This document shows positions 1 through 9,236 of a stretch of DNA of 64,000 nucleotides, piece after piece. The DNA is from Candidatus Colwellbacteria bacterium (lineage in GTDB: Bacteria; Patescibacteriota; Minisyncoccia; UBA6257; Colwellbacteraceae). Made by a program: the position numbers and the translations under genes. Numbering within the stretch: position 1 is the stretch's first letter; the number at the start of each line of letters is the position of its first letter. Under the pieces are notes generated by a model. That model was given only the letters and a program-made list of their open reading frames with translations. It was not told where the DNA came from and did not search any database. The stretch covers positions 952 to 64,951 of the forward strand of contig JAQTUL010000007.1 of NCBI GenBank assembly GCA_028710275.1, in the 5' to 3' direction.

Positions 1-2
1 TG

Positions 3-686
3 ATGGGATTCGATACTATGCCAATAGTAGGCGAAGAGTTCATCGCCGGAGGAGGGGATATCTCAGACATATTAGTACATAAGGCGACTAAGAAAGAGAC
101 TGCGCCCGTCGAGGACAAGGCGACCATAGTAGCCATATTAAAAGCTGACGTGGCCGGATCACTCGAGGTACTAAAAGATGTCATGGTGGGAAAAGTTAAA
201 GTCCTTGATTCCTCCGCGGGAGATATAACGGACGGTGATATTAAATCGGCAATTGCTTCCGGTGCCGTCATAATTGCCTTTAGGACGAAGTTTGATAATA
301 AGACGGTTGAGGTCTTCGCAAAAAATCAGAGCGTTCTAATATTCTCATCAGATATCATATATGAGCTCATAAAATCGGTGGATGAGCACATAGAGGCGAA
401 TTCTATACCAGAAGTGGCCGGAAGAATGGAAGTCCTTGCCATATTTGGTAAAAAAGACGGCAAGCAGGTAATCGGAGGAAGAGTGATAGAGGGAGTAATA
501 AGAATGGGAAAGAAGGTAGAGATAAAAAGGAAGAGCATAATGCTCGGAGACGGAAAGATAGTAAACCTTCAGACTGGAAAGGTGGACACAAAGGAAGTCG
601 AGGCCGGTATCGAGTGCGGCATACTTATAGATTCGATAGCAACAATAAAGGTAGGAGATGAGCTTTCGCAGACAGCAACTAAATAG
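3..686 (+). CDS. infB: translation initiation factor IF-2, C-terminal part (5' end lies outside the window)
   Basis: ORF running off the window start; C-terminal IF-2 domain pattern (GK..V.GG.V.EG..R.G....+R......G.I.SL+.....V.EV..G.ECGI); immediately followed by rbfA as in the infB-rbfA operon. Confidence 0.8.
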   Translation: MGFDTMPIVGEEFIAGGGDISDILVHKATKKETAPVEDKATIVAILKADVAGSLEVLKDVMVGKVKVLDSSAGDITDGDIKSAIASGAVIIAFRTKFDNKTVEVFAKNQSVLIFSSDIIYELIKSVDEHIEANSIPEVAGRMEVLAIFGKKDGKQVIGGRVIEGVIRMGKKVEIKRKSIMLGDGKIVNLQTGKVDTKEVEAGIECGILIDSIATIKVGDELSQTATK

Positions 687-1026
687 CCTTATAAGGAACG
701 AAGTAGTCATCGCTATCCAAAAGGAGGTCGAGTTTCCTTCGGGGTGTCTGGCCACCGTGACGAGGGTGGAAATAGCTCATGATCTTGATCGAGCGGCGGT
801 CTTTGTGAGTGTGATACCGACGGATAAGAAAGAGGGAGCTTTGAAAGCCCTTAAAGCGAAGAGGGCTGAACTCCAAACGATACTATTCAAAAGGATAAAG
901 ATTATGTCTTTACCTCAAATATATTTTGAATATGATGCCGGACCAGAGAAAGCGGCGAATATAGAGAGAATAGTGCTGGACGATGAGGAGAAGGGACTTT
1001 TCCAAAATACCGGAGGTTCGGTATAA
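658..1026 (+). CDS. rbfA: ribosome-binding factor A
   Basis: about 120 aa, N-terminal R..R....I..E pattern, position right after infB; overlaps infB end by 29 nt. Confidence 0.75.
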   Translation: MSFRRQQLNSLIRNEVVIAIQKEVEFPSGCLATVTRVEIAHDLDRAAVFVSVIPTDKKEGALKALKAKRAELQTILFKRIKIMSLPQIYFEYDAGPEKAANIERIVLDDEEKGLFQNTGGSV

Positions 1027-1070
1027 TTGCCTAGGTCGGTTAAGCGTCGTGTCGGTCTTAGTGACCGAAA

Positions 1071-1142
1071 GGCCTGGTAGTCAAGTGGTAAGACGAGGGT
1101 CTGCAAAACCCTTATGCGCGAGTTCGATTCTCGCCCAGGCCT
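1071..1142 (+). tRNA. tRNA-Cys (anticodon GCA)
   Basis: hand-folded cloverleaf: acceptor GGCCTGG/CCAGGCC, 3-bp D stem, anticodon stem AGGGT/ACCCT, loop CTGCAAA, T-arm GCGAG-TTCGATT-CTCGC, discriminator T; no encoded CCA. Confidence 0.85.
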
Positions 1143-1273
1143 CAGATATCAGTCGATACATACATATATCGCATGCAGGGTCTTTAGGAGGTTACACACT
1201 TATTCCTTGACTTTTTGTAATTTATGTGAGATAATTAAAGGGTAATTTTAAAAAATAAAAAGGGGGAATTTTT

Positions 1274-2107
1274 GTGAGTAGAAGGGAACAGATTATAGAG
1301 GAACTTGGAATAAAGACGGTGCGGTTCAGGATGCTTACCGAAGGAGAGATAAGAAGGGTGGACATCATGGAATTCGATGACAGGAAGCAGATGTTCTCCG
1401 AAGAGATGAAAAGGAATATAGCCGATAATTGGTCTCAGATGAAAGCGAAGAACCCTACGGTTTTCTCGGGGTCCATGGCTTCAGTGAAAAGCCTGGAACT
1501 GAAAGAGGGGGTTCTGCGTTTTCGCCTTAGGCTTAGCAGTTACGACGAGTTCGTCTATCTGCGCCAGTTCAATATGCCTGGTCTGGATTTTTTCGGAAAA
1601 GAAACAGATAAAGGGACGACATTACCTTTATCCATCGGGTTGGTGGCTGTGACCGATTCCGATTCCATTGTGCTTGGAGAGAGAAATTTCTGCGCCGATT
1701 GGTCCGGAATGTTCAATACGCTGCCGTCAGGATATCTAGACCCATATAAGTCATTGTTGAGATATGGCGATCCAGGAGATGAGAGTCAAGAGCTTTCTCT
1801 CGATATGTTGATATACGAAGAACTCAAAGAAGAGGTCGGCATGAACCAGGTAACCTCCAGAAGATGGCATAATGTCGTCTATGCTACCGAGGGAAACACT
1901 CAACCTTTACTTGCTGGAACTCTACATGTTCCTTATACCGATCAAGAAATAAAAGATTTTTATCTAGAAGGTGAACTAGCTCGCGAAGTAAGGAGGATGC
2001 ATTTCGTACCGAATAATCTTGGAGAAATGGCAAAATTCATGAAGGGAAAAAAATTCACCCCACACGCCGAGGCTCAGATAGTCGCTCACTTTGAGAACTC
2101 TATCTGA
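1274..2107 (+). CDS. hypothetical protein (GTG start, RBS AAGGGGGAA upstream)
   Basis: 277-aa ORF with good RBS; no family recognised by eye. Confidence 0.5.
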   Translation: MSRREQIIEELGIKTVRFRMLTEGEIRRVDIMEFDDRKQMFSEEMKRNIADNWSQMKAKNPTVFSGSMASVKSLELKEGVLRFRLRLSSYDEFVYLRQFNMPGLDFFGKETDKGTTLPLSIGLVAVTDSDSIVLGERNFCADWSGMFNTLPSGYLDPYKSLLRYGDPGDESQELSLDMLIYEELKEEVGMNQVTSRRWHNVVYATEGNTQPLLAGTLHVPYTDQEIKDFYLEGELAREVRRMHFVPNNLGEMAKFMKGKKFTPHAEAQIVAHFENSI

Positions 2108-2116
2108 TCCCGGACA

Positions 2117-2144
2117 AATACAGGCCCCAAGGCCTGTATTTTTA
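2117..2144 (+). terminator. rho-independent terminator (hairpin ACAGGCC-ccaa-GGCCTGT followed by T-run)
   Basis: GC stem followed by TTTTT directly after the stop of the 1274..2107 ORF. Confidence 0.7.
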
Positions 2145-2174
2145 AAAATGAATTTGTGATATTTTAAGTTGGCC

Positions 2175-2258
2175 GCCCGGGTGTTGGAATGGTAGACAAT
2201 GGAGACTTAAAATCTCCTGCTCGTAAAGGGCGTGTGGGTTCGAGTCCCGCCCCGGGCA
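2175..2258 (+). tRNA. tRNA-Leu (anticodon TAA), class II with long variable arm
   Basis: acceptor GCCCGGG/CCCGGGC, anticodon stem GGAGA/TCTCC, loop CTTAAAA, long variable arm, T-arm GTGGG-TTCGAGT-CCCGC, discriminator A; no CCA. Confidence 0.85.
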
Positions 2259-2268
2259 CATATTAAAA

Positions 2269-2291
2269 ACAGGCCTATCGGCCTGTTTTTA
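2269..2291. terminator. bidirectional terminator hairpin (ACAGGCC-tatc-GGCCTGT) flanked by A-run and T-run
   Basis: palindromic GC stem with T-run on both strands; lies between tRNA-Leu (+) and the end of the minus-strand receiver gene. Confidence 0.65.
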
Positions 2292-2299
2292 AAAGTTAT

Positions 2300-2731
2300 C
2301 TATTTAACCAGTTTGGTTATTGTCCCAAGCAGGTCCACGGGGAGGACCTCAGATTTAATAAGGAAGGCATCTGCTCCTAGCGCGCGAGATTCCCTCTCTG
2401 TTTGTTCGTCGCTCAAGTTGGTAAAGACGATGACGGGAACATCTCGGAATTTAGCATCAGACCTTATCTTCTTAAGTATAGTGAAGCCGTTTTCTTTTTC
2501 TGGAGTTTCAATATAGCTTTCCACTGTTCCTGACGGCAGGCGGAGATCGAGGATTATCACATCCGGGGCATCCTTGGTGTCTAGATACTCCATAGCCGTC
2601 TTCATGTCCGGAACGGCTTCTGGCTTAAAATCGTATCCGGCATATTCGTCCTTATATCCTATAATGGCATCCTCAAAGAGAGTGCGTAGAAGTTTTTCAT
2701 CCTCTATAAAGAGGGTATTTATGGTTTTCAT
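2300..2731 (-). CDS. stand-alone response regulator receiver domain protein (CheY-like)
   Basis: 143 aa; acidic pocket (IEDE, VIILDLRLP), conserved T/K region (VIVFTNLSD...K); no output domain; 4-nt overlap with the upstream kinase gene. Confidence 0.8.
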   Translation of the reverse strand: MKTINTLFIEDEKLLRTLFEDAIIGYKDEYAGYDFKPEAVPDMKTAMEYLDTKDAPDVIILDLRLPSGTVESYIETPEKENGFTILKKIRSDAKFRDVPVIVFTNLSDEQTERESRALGADAFLIKSEVLPVDLLGTITKLVK

Positions 2732-4269
2732 GATGAGATTATCGGTAGTTTTACCACGAAAGCGGTTCCTTTTCCTCTTCCTTCGCTTGATACCTCTATA
2801 TCACCTTTCAAAATATCGACCATTCTTTTTGCGATATAAAGTCCAAGACCTGATCCACCAGGAGAGAGCTTAACAGCTTCCTCGCTCCTGACGAATTTCT
2901 GAAAGACTCTAGCCTTGTCTGACTCAGTGAGACCGATACCAGTGTCTCTTACCTCGATTATAACATTTTTGTCAGACGAGCTAAGAGAGATATCTATCCC
3001 TCCTTTATTAGTATACTTGAGGCCGTTATCTATGAGATTTCCTATTATCGATTCGAGATATTTCTTATCGGATCTAATTTTAGGGATATCTCCGGAGGAA
3101 AGTCTGAAAGATAGCTTTTTATCCTCGAATTGAGTCTTGAAATCGGCTGTATATATATCCGATACCAGTTTTTTAAGATCGATTTCCGATATTTCGAGCT
3201 TTACCTCCTTTCCTTCGGCTTCGAGTTCTAGGGCGTCCACCATGCTGTTCACAATCGAGCTTAATTGGTCTGAGGCTATTAGTATATTCTGTTTGATTTC
3301 TGTCTGCTTATCGGGGGCAAATTTCTCAAACTTACCATCTCTCCATAGCTCGAGATATCCGCGCAGGGCGGAAATGGGAGTTCGTAACTGGTGGTTTATT
3401 ATATGAAGGAACTCAGTCTTTAGTTTAAGTCCGGCAAGTACGCTATTTAATCTGTCCAGTTCTTCATTCCTAGCTTCGAGATCAGTCTTTGCCTTATCAA
3501 GACGGTCGATATTTTTACGAAGGCTTTTTACCATCACGTTGAAAGACTTTGCAAGGACACCTATTTCAGTCTCTTTGTCCATGAGACTTTTCTTGACGTC
3601 TAATTTAATGTTTCCTTTGGTGATTCCTTCAGCAAGGCTGGTTAGCTCTACAAGTGGGCTCGTTACCTTCTTAGCAAATGATATCGAGTAGATAAAACAG
3701 CCGATGATTATAATCAGGAAAAGGATTACTATTCCGACCGATGTGAAAAGATAGAGTCTTTCTATCCTCACTTGAAGTCCTTCGGCAAAACCTAATTCCT
3801 TCATGACGAGAGCTGTCGCGTTCGCCTCAGCGAAGGAGTATATATGGTTTGCCTCGTTAAGCAGGGCAGTCGTACCGATGATATCTCCTTTATCGACGGC
3901 GATTACGGCGGCGTCCGTCTTTTCGATGACGCTATAGATCGTATTTTTAAGCCCTTCGTAATTGTCGGCGCTTTCCTTATTTATAATGACCGTATCGAGG
4001 TGGGTTATTAAAAAGTCTATTTCCTCTTTTTTAGAGTCATATGCCAATCTATTGGCGCCTGTCGGCTGTTTAAAATAGGCGCTGTAAAGATTAACCAGAT
4101 CCGAGGTCGCCTTAGTAAGTTTATATTCCGAGAAGATATTATCCGAGACTTCCTGATATGAGCGGACTATCGTGAAGTATGAGATAAGGATGGCGATAAT
4201 CGCCGCTGAGAAGACAGTTATGACGACAAGGAACGCACCTATAAGCTTTGACCTTAAGCTATTAATCAT
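2728..4269 (-). CDS. sensor histidine kinase (two N-terminal TM segments, HAMP, HisKA, HATPase_c)
   Basis: H-box HQLRTPISALRGYLEL; N/G1/G2 boxes (IGNLIDNGLKYT, DTGIGL, GGSGLGL); coiled-coil linker. Confidence 0.85.
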   Translation of the reverse strand: MINSLRSKLIGAFLVVITVFSAAIIAILISYFTIVRSYQEVSDNIFSEYKLTKATSDLVNLYSAYFKQPTGANRLAYDSKKEEIDFLITHLDTVIINKESADNYEGLKNTIYSVIEKTDAAVIAVDKGDIIGTTALLNEANHIYSFAEANATALVMKELGFAEGLQVRIERLYLFTSVGIVILFLIIIIGCFIYSISFAKKVTSPLVELTSLAEGITKGNIKLDVKKSLMDKETEIGVLAKSFNVMVKSLRKNIDRLDKAKTDLEARNEELDRLNSVLAGLKLKTEFLHIINHQLRTPISALRGYLELWRDGKFEKFAPDKQTEIKQNILIASDQLSSIVNSMVDALELEAEGKEVKLEISEIDLKKLVSDIYTADFKTQFEDKKLSFRLSSGDIPKIRSDKKYLESIIGNLIDNGLKYTNKGGIDISLSSSDKNVIIEVRDTGIGLTESDKARVFQKFVRSEEAVKLSPGGSGLGLYIAKRMVDILKGDIEVSSEGRGKGTAFVVKLPIISS

Positions 4270-4272
4270 GGA

Positions 4273-5316
4273 TCAATTCAGTCTATAGACGCTTTCGCGA
4301 CTATGGAAGCCGCTCGCGATGACCGTTGAGTCTATGTTTGATTTGTCGACTAGTATCGGATCAAGGAGTAGGGAGGGGATGCCTTCAATTACGGAATCTG
4401 TTTCCGTGCCGCCTCCATTAGCTATGGAGACCGCTAATTCAACAGCTCGGTAGGCGATTGAACGGATTGGCTTAAAAACTGTCATAGTCTGAGTTCCAGC
4501 GACTATTCTTTGACAGGCGGTAAGCTCGGCATCCTGTCCGGATACAGGTATTTTCCCAGCCAGACCGACTTCGGTTAAAGCTCTTATAGCACCAAAGGCG
4601 ATTCCATCGTTCGCGGCGATGACCGCGTCTATATCCTTATCATCTTTCAAAAATTCTCTAAGACTTTTATATGCCTCCTCGGAATCCCAATTATCTATAT
4701 CCTTATCAAAAGCAATCTTTATCACTCCTGATCTAAGATGTGGTCCTAATATATCCATAGTCCCTCTCCTGAGATATCCGGAATTATTATCGGTGGGAGC
4801 TCCTCCGAGATATACATATCTTCCTCGGGGAGTGACATTCACAATACCCTGAGCCTCAAGCTCGCCAACTTTCTCATTATCAAAGGAAATATAAAGATCG
4901 GTGTAGGGGCTTTTTATCAGCCGATCGTAGGCTATCACCTTTATTCCGGCATCGTGAGCTTTTTTAACCATATCCATTAAAGCATCTCCGTTATGCGGAA
5001 CGATGATGATGACATCTACTTTCTGGATTATTAGATTTTCTATCTGTTCCTTTTGCAGGTTATCGTCGCCATTTGCGATAAAGGTTACTACCGTCGCCCC
5101 AACGTCCCTAGCTCTTTTTTCAATTAGGTCTTTATCAGTCTTCCATCTTTCTGTTATCAATGAGTCCATGGATAAGCCGATTCTTATCGTCTTTTCCTTC
5201 GGAGTGACGGCAGGCTTCTGGCCACTGATGAGATATATGATTGCGCCGATGACTATGGTGGCGGCTATTACTGTCAGGAATATCGCAACCACTTTCTTGA
5301 GATTAAAATCAGTCAT
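4273..5316 (-). CDS. membrane-anchored periplasmic-binding-protein type-1 (sugar-binding/LacI-like PBP) protein, first gene of the PBP-kinase-receiver operon
   Basis: N-terminal TM anchor, then an alternating beta-alpha PBP1 fold pattern (IGLSMDSL...VDVIIIVP...IKVIAYDR). Confidence 0.65.
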   Translation of the reverse strand: MTDFNLKKVVAIFLTVIAATIVIGAIIYLISGQKPAVTPKEKTIRIGLSMDSLITERWKTDKDLIEKRARDVGATVVTFIANGDDNLQKEQIENLIIQKVDVIIIVPHNGDALMDMVKKAHDAGIKVIAYDRLIKSPYTDLYISFDNEKVGELEAQGIVNVTPRGRYVYLGGAPTDNNSGYLRRGTMDILGPHLRSGVIKIAFDKDIDNWDSEEAYKSLREFLKDDKDIDAVIAANDGIAFGAIRALTEVGLAGKIPVSGQDAELTACQRIVAGTQTMTVFKPIRSIAYRAVELAVSIANGGGTETDSVIEGIPSLLLDPILVDKSNIDSTVIASGFHSRESVYRLN

Positions 5317-5431
5317 CGTATTAATATAAAAATTATAACATTTAAGCTCTATAGAGCCTTTCTTTGCCTTTTATTGAGGCGGCCGGTATAATCAGCTAAT
5401 TTCGTTCTTCGACATAATATTAAAAAGGAAG

Positions 5432-5725
5432 GTGGTATGTATGGACACGGACCGTATTGACGCGCTTGTCGAGAGGGCCGAGAGAAGAATAGAAGAGATA
5501 GCGAAAAGATACGAAAATTCCGACCCGGAGACAGCAAAGGCGATAAAGGAGCTTTTAGGCTTTGCTATACAATTCAGGGTGGGAGAATGCACCAAGGATC
5601 AAGAAAGAAAAAATCACTCATCAAAGATTGTGTTCTCCAGGATGGATGACATGATTGAAAAAGGAATGAGAGAAGACGTGCTTATAGGGTATGTAAGACA
5701 GATAACTGGAATAATCGTAATGTGA
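5432..5725 (+). CDS. hypothetical small protein
   Basis: 97-aa ORF with RBS AGGAAGGTGG 6 nt upstream; divergent from the PBP operon. Confidence 0.35.
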   Translation: MVCMDTDRIDALVERAERRIEEIAKRYENSDPETAKAIKELLGFAIQFRVGECTKDQERKNHSSKIVFSRMDDMIEKGMREDVLIGYVRQITGIIVM

Positions 5726-5865
5726 TGGGAGCTGATCGATTAGTGAGAGAAGATAAGATATCCGATTAAGAGCGGCCTTTCCATATGTGGTGGGGCCGCT
5801 TTTTATTTTTTCGCGCGGACTGATATGAATGGGTTCATAAAGCACATATCAATCAAGATGAGCAA

Positions 5866-5890
5866 GGCCTAGATTAAAAACCGCGGCCAT
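5866..5890 (-). terminator. terminator hairpin CCGCGGCC-atga-GGCCGCGG with T-run on the minus strand
   Basis: perfect 8-bp GC stem immediately downstream of the hsp20 stop. Confidence 0.7.
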
Positions 5891-5905
5891 GAGGCCGCGG
5901 TATAT

Positions 5906-6286
5906 CTAGTCGTTCTTTATTTTTAGCTTTCTTGTCTTTCCTTTAGCTATCTTAGGAAGACGTATCTTTAGGATGCCGTTCTTAAAGTCAGCCTTAGCTT
6001 TATCAGGGTCGACCTCTTGGGGAAGAATTATGGAGCGGGAGAACTTACCCCAGTAGCATTCCTGGTAGAGATAATTCTCATCGGCGACTGTTTCTGTCTT
6101 GTGTCTTTCGCCCCTGACTGTGACTGATTCACTCGATATATCGATATCGAGTTCGTCTGGTTCCACGCCCGCTATGGTGGACTCAATAACTATTTCTTCA
6201 TCGGTCTGGTAGACATCGATGGTTAACTGGCCCTCGCTTTCTTCCTGAAGAAAGTCGAGATTGGTTTCAGCGCTTTTTCCTTTCAT
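5906..6286 (-). CDS. Hsp20/alpha-crystallin family small heat-shock protein
   Basis: 126 aa; alpha-crystallin domain pattern (GVEPDELDIDISSESVTVRGER...GKFSRSIILP...GILKIRLPK). Confidence 0.85.
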   Translation of the reverse strand: MKGKSAETNLDFLQEESEGQLTIDVYQTDEEIVIESTIAGVEPDELDIDISSESVTVRGERHKTETVADENYLYQECYWGKFSRSIILPQEVDPDKAKADFKNGILKIRLPKIAKGKTRKLKIKND

Positions 6287-6941
6287 AGTAGTACTGCTTT
6301 ATTCTATCAAATTCGTAGAAGAGGATAAACGCCACGAAGAGAAGAAAGGCGGTCGGCCAAGTTTCTGGTCCTTTTTCGAGGATAAGAAAGTTGAATATCG
6401 TATGGACAATGGTTGCTATAACCAATCCCAGAAGGAGTTTTCCTTTTGCCCAGGCGTAGCCGAGCATTCCCGATGAGAGAGAGTGCATGAGAGTAGCGCC
6501 GATGAAGCGCATGATGGATAGGCCAGCCAGCTCGCTTATGGTCGTCGCATTAGAAAGGAAGAAAAAGTTCTCAGTGGTAGCAAAACCGAGGGCGGCCACT
6601 ATCATATAAATCATCCGGTCTACTGGTTCGTCAAAATCTCGCGATGCGCTTATAAAGACGAAAACGACGATGAATTTTATTAACTCTTCGATCAAGGAGT
6701 TTCCGGTCAGCGATAAGATCGAATAATCATGGATCGCCGCGCCGGCACAAAAGACTGAGAATCCTTTTTCCAGGGCGGCTGCTGCCATGGCCGATATCAT
6801 TCCGAAGAAGAAAGTCTTCGTTATAGCTAACTTCGGCTCCGGCTTGTTTCTATCTTCCAAAAGGAAGAACACAAGCCATATCGAGCTCAGAAAGAGTCCG
6901 AGCATAATCGATATCGGAAGTATGTATTGGGCTATTACCAT
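6267..6941 (-). CDS. polytopic membrane protein, tentatively PrsW-like intramembrane protease
   Basis: 6-7 predicted TM helices; GFATTENFFF and MHSLSSG motifs reminiscent of PrsW/CPBP proteases; assignment uncertain. Confidence 0.4.
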   Translation of the reverse strand: MVIAQYILPISIMLGLFLSSIWLVFFLLEDRNKPEPKLAITKTFFFGMISAMAAAALEKGFSVFCAGAAIHDYSILSLTGNSLIEELIKFIVVFVFISASRDFDEPVDRMIYMIVAALGFATTENFFFLSNATTISELAGLSIMRFIGATLMHSLSSGMLGYAWAKGKLLLGLVIATIVHTIFNFLILEKGPETWPTAFLLFVAFILFYEFDRIKQYYYERKKR

Positions 6942-9133
6942 GGCTCGACCATAAGTAGGTCTCTTTTCTTGACCTCATCAGGCATGTTTTTCCAGACGGA
7001 TTCAGTGACGAAGGGCATGAAGGGATGGAGTAGTTTTAATGAACCGATGGAAATATCCATAAGGACGGTTTGCGCGGCCATCCTATCGGCTTCGTTTGGA
7101 TTATCTTTGAGTCTTTGCTTGGTAGATTCTATAACCTTATCCGCGAACGTGTGCCAGAAATAATGATAGAGCACATCACCAGCTTTATTCATGTCAAACC
7201 TTTCAAGTTCGGCAGTGACGGTTTTTTTTATTTTCTCGAACTCTTTTATATTTTTAAGATCATCCTTAGTGAACTTCGGTTTAACCTTTGAAGGGAAATA
7301 GTTCATAAGAACGAAGCGAGAGGCATTCCAGACCTTGGTCGAGAAATTTCTGTATCCTCGAACTCTATCCTCTGACATCTTAATGTCATTACCCGGGGCG
7401 GCTCCTATAACGAGAGCCAGACGGACGGCGTCGGCGCCGTAGGTATCTATAAGACCAAGGGGGTCAATCGTATTACCGAGGCTTTTAGACATCTTCCTGC
7501 CTTGAGCGTCTCTTACGAGTCCGTGAAGATAGACGTTTTTAAAGGGGACCTCTCCGACGAGATAGGTACTCATAAGAATCATTCTTGCGACCCAGAAGAA
7601 GAGGATATCATAACCAGTCTCAAGGACGGAGGTGGGATGGAACGTTTCAAAATCGCTGCTTTTCTTCGGCCAGCCGAGAGTTGAGAACGTCCAAAGGCCA
7701 GAAGAGAACCAGGTATCAAGAGTGTCCGGATCCTGCTCCCATCCGGCACCCTTCGGGGCATCGGTTCCGCAGTTAACCTCGCCTTTCTTATACCAAACGG
7801 GGACGCGATGGCCATACCATATCTGACGGCTGATACACCAATCACGGAGATTATCGATCCATTGGAAATATGTCTTTTCGAAGCGTTTGGGCACGATATT
7901 GATTTCTCCACTCGTGATGACGTGGCGCATAAGCTGTTTTAAGGTAACTTTCTGCCCGGTCTTTATCCCTTTTATCTTCGAGGGACCCATTTTAAACTCC
8001 TTATTTACGGCAACAAACCATTGCTCTTTTACTTGAGGCTCAATAATTCCTCCGCCACGCATATTTGTTGCGACGCGATGAGAATAATCATCTTCGATAT
8101 GATCAAGGAGACCCTTCTCCTTCATCTTTTCTACAATGAGCGGACGAGCTTTTTTTATATGTATACCAGAGAACTCTCCCGCCAAACCCATGAGCTTTCC
8201 TGAGTAATCTATTATCTGCTCCTTATCTAGACTATGGCGTTCAGCTATCTCCATATCGGTAGCATCGTGCCAAGGAGTAATAGTCATCACTCCGGTGCCG
8301 AACGACATATCTATGGCCTTATCCTTTATGACGGTCGCCGTCACAGGACCATTTATCCATTCAAGCTTTATTTTGTCTCCATGCTTATATTCCTTATATC
8401 TCTTGTCCGACGGGTGCATCACCACATATTTGTCTCCAAACTTCGTTTCTGGCCTTGCTGTCGCGATAGTGAAGGGTCCGTACTTTAGATAATAAAGAGG
8501 AGATTTTTCATCAATCCATTCTATCTCATCGTCAGAGACGGTTGTCTGCATCTTTGGGTCCCAATTAACCATCCTGGCCCCGCGATAAATCAGGCCGTCA
8601 TCGAACATTCTTTTAAAAGCTGTTCGGACACCTAGAGAGCGTTTCTCATCGAGTGTATATGCCTCTCGGCTCCAGTCGATGGAGGCTCCCATCTTCTTTA
8701 TCTGAGAGATGATTATGTCGTGGCTTTCCTTTGCAAACTCTTCTATCCGGCGGATGAGCTCATCGCGACCAATGTCGTATCTTGTCTTTCCTTCCTTCTT
8801 GTATATGATGCCCTCAACTTTTGATTGGGTCGCTATGGCAGCATGGTCGGTTCCCGGTATCCAGACGGTTTTCTTACCCCTCATCCTTTCAAAGCGGACC
8901 ATGATATCCTCTGTGGCTATCATAGCGGCGTGTCCCACATGAAGAACACCCGTGACGTTTGGAGGGGGCAGAACTATAGAGAACGGCTTAGCCGCTGTTT
9001 TTGTGACCTTCTTTTTTATGCAGACATCAGGGTTTGCATATCCGGAATTTTCCCACTCGGCGTATATGGTATCTTCTTTCTTCTGATCATAGCGGGTATC
9101 CATAGGGGATTCCTGCGACTTTAAAGGCTCCAT
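6935..9133 (-). CDS. valS: valine--tRNA ligase (short form lacking the C-terminal coiled coil)
   Basis: PPPNVTGVLHVGHA (HIGH), GRKMSKSLGN (KMSKS), WCISRQ, editing-domain TGV/TPWHD motifs. Confidence 0.85.
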   Translation of the reverse strand: MEPLKSQESPMDTRYDQKKEDTIYAEWENSGYANPDVCIKKKVTKTAAKPFSIVLPPPNVTGVLHVGHAAMIATEDIMVRFERMRGKKTVWIPGTDHAAIATQSKVEGIIYKKEGKTRYDIGRDELIRRIEEFAKESHDIIISQIKKMGASIDWSREAYTLDEKRSLGVRTAFKRMFDDGLIYRGARMVNWDPKMQTTVSDDEIEWIDEKSPLYYLKYGPFTIATARPETKFGDKYVVMHPSDKRYKEYKHGDKIKLEWINGPVTATVIKDKAIDMSFGTGVMTITPWHDATDMEIAERHSLDKEQIIDYSGKLMGLAGEFSGIHIKKARPLIVEKMKEKGLLDHIEDDYSHRVATNMRGGGIIEPQVKEQWFVAVNKEFKMGPSKIKGIKTGQKVTLKQLMRHVITSGEINIVPKRFEKTYFQWIDNLRDWCISRQIWYGHRVPVWYKKGEVNCGTDAPKGAGWEQDPDTLDTWFSSGLWTFSTLGWPKKSSDFETFHPTSVLETGYDILFFWVARMILMSTYLVGEVPFKNVYLHGLVRDAQGRKMSKSLGNTIDPLGLIDTYGADAVRLALVIGAAPGNDIKMSEDRVRGYRNFSTKVWNASRFVLMNYFPSKVKPKFTKDDLKNIKEFEKIKKTVTAELERFDMNKAGDVLYHYFWHTFADKVIESTKQRLKDNPNEADRMAAQTVLMDISIGSLKLLHPFMPFVTESVWKNMPDEVKKRDLLMVEPW

Positions 9134-9186
9134 TATAGGCTGATTTTAGCAGAGAAAAAGGGCGTTTTCCAGACTGACAATGATAA

Positions 9187-9215
9187 TAAAAAGCTCTGCA
9201 TATGCAGAGCTTTTT
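9187..9215. terminator. bidirectional terminator hairpin AGCTCTGCATATGCAGAGCT flanked by A-run and T-run
   Basis: perfect palindrome with poly-T on both strands, downstream of the tsaD stop (minus) and in the valS leader region. Confidence 0.65.
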
Positions 9216-9236
9216 ATTAAAGACCTTAGAGATTCA

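Noticed and set aside
7502-9124. Several 60-110-aa ORFs in other frames inside the valS gene, on both strands (for example 7579..7911 -, 8234..8488 +, 8825..9124 +)
   Set aside because: They lie entirely inside a long gene with unmistakable ValRS motifs, and they have no RBS and no recognisable domains, so they are shadow ORFs.
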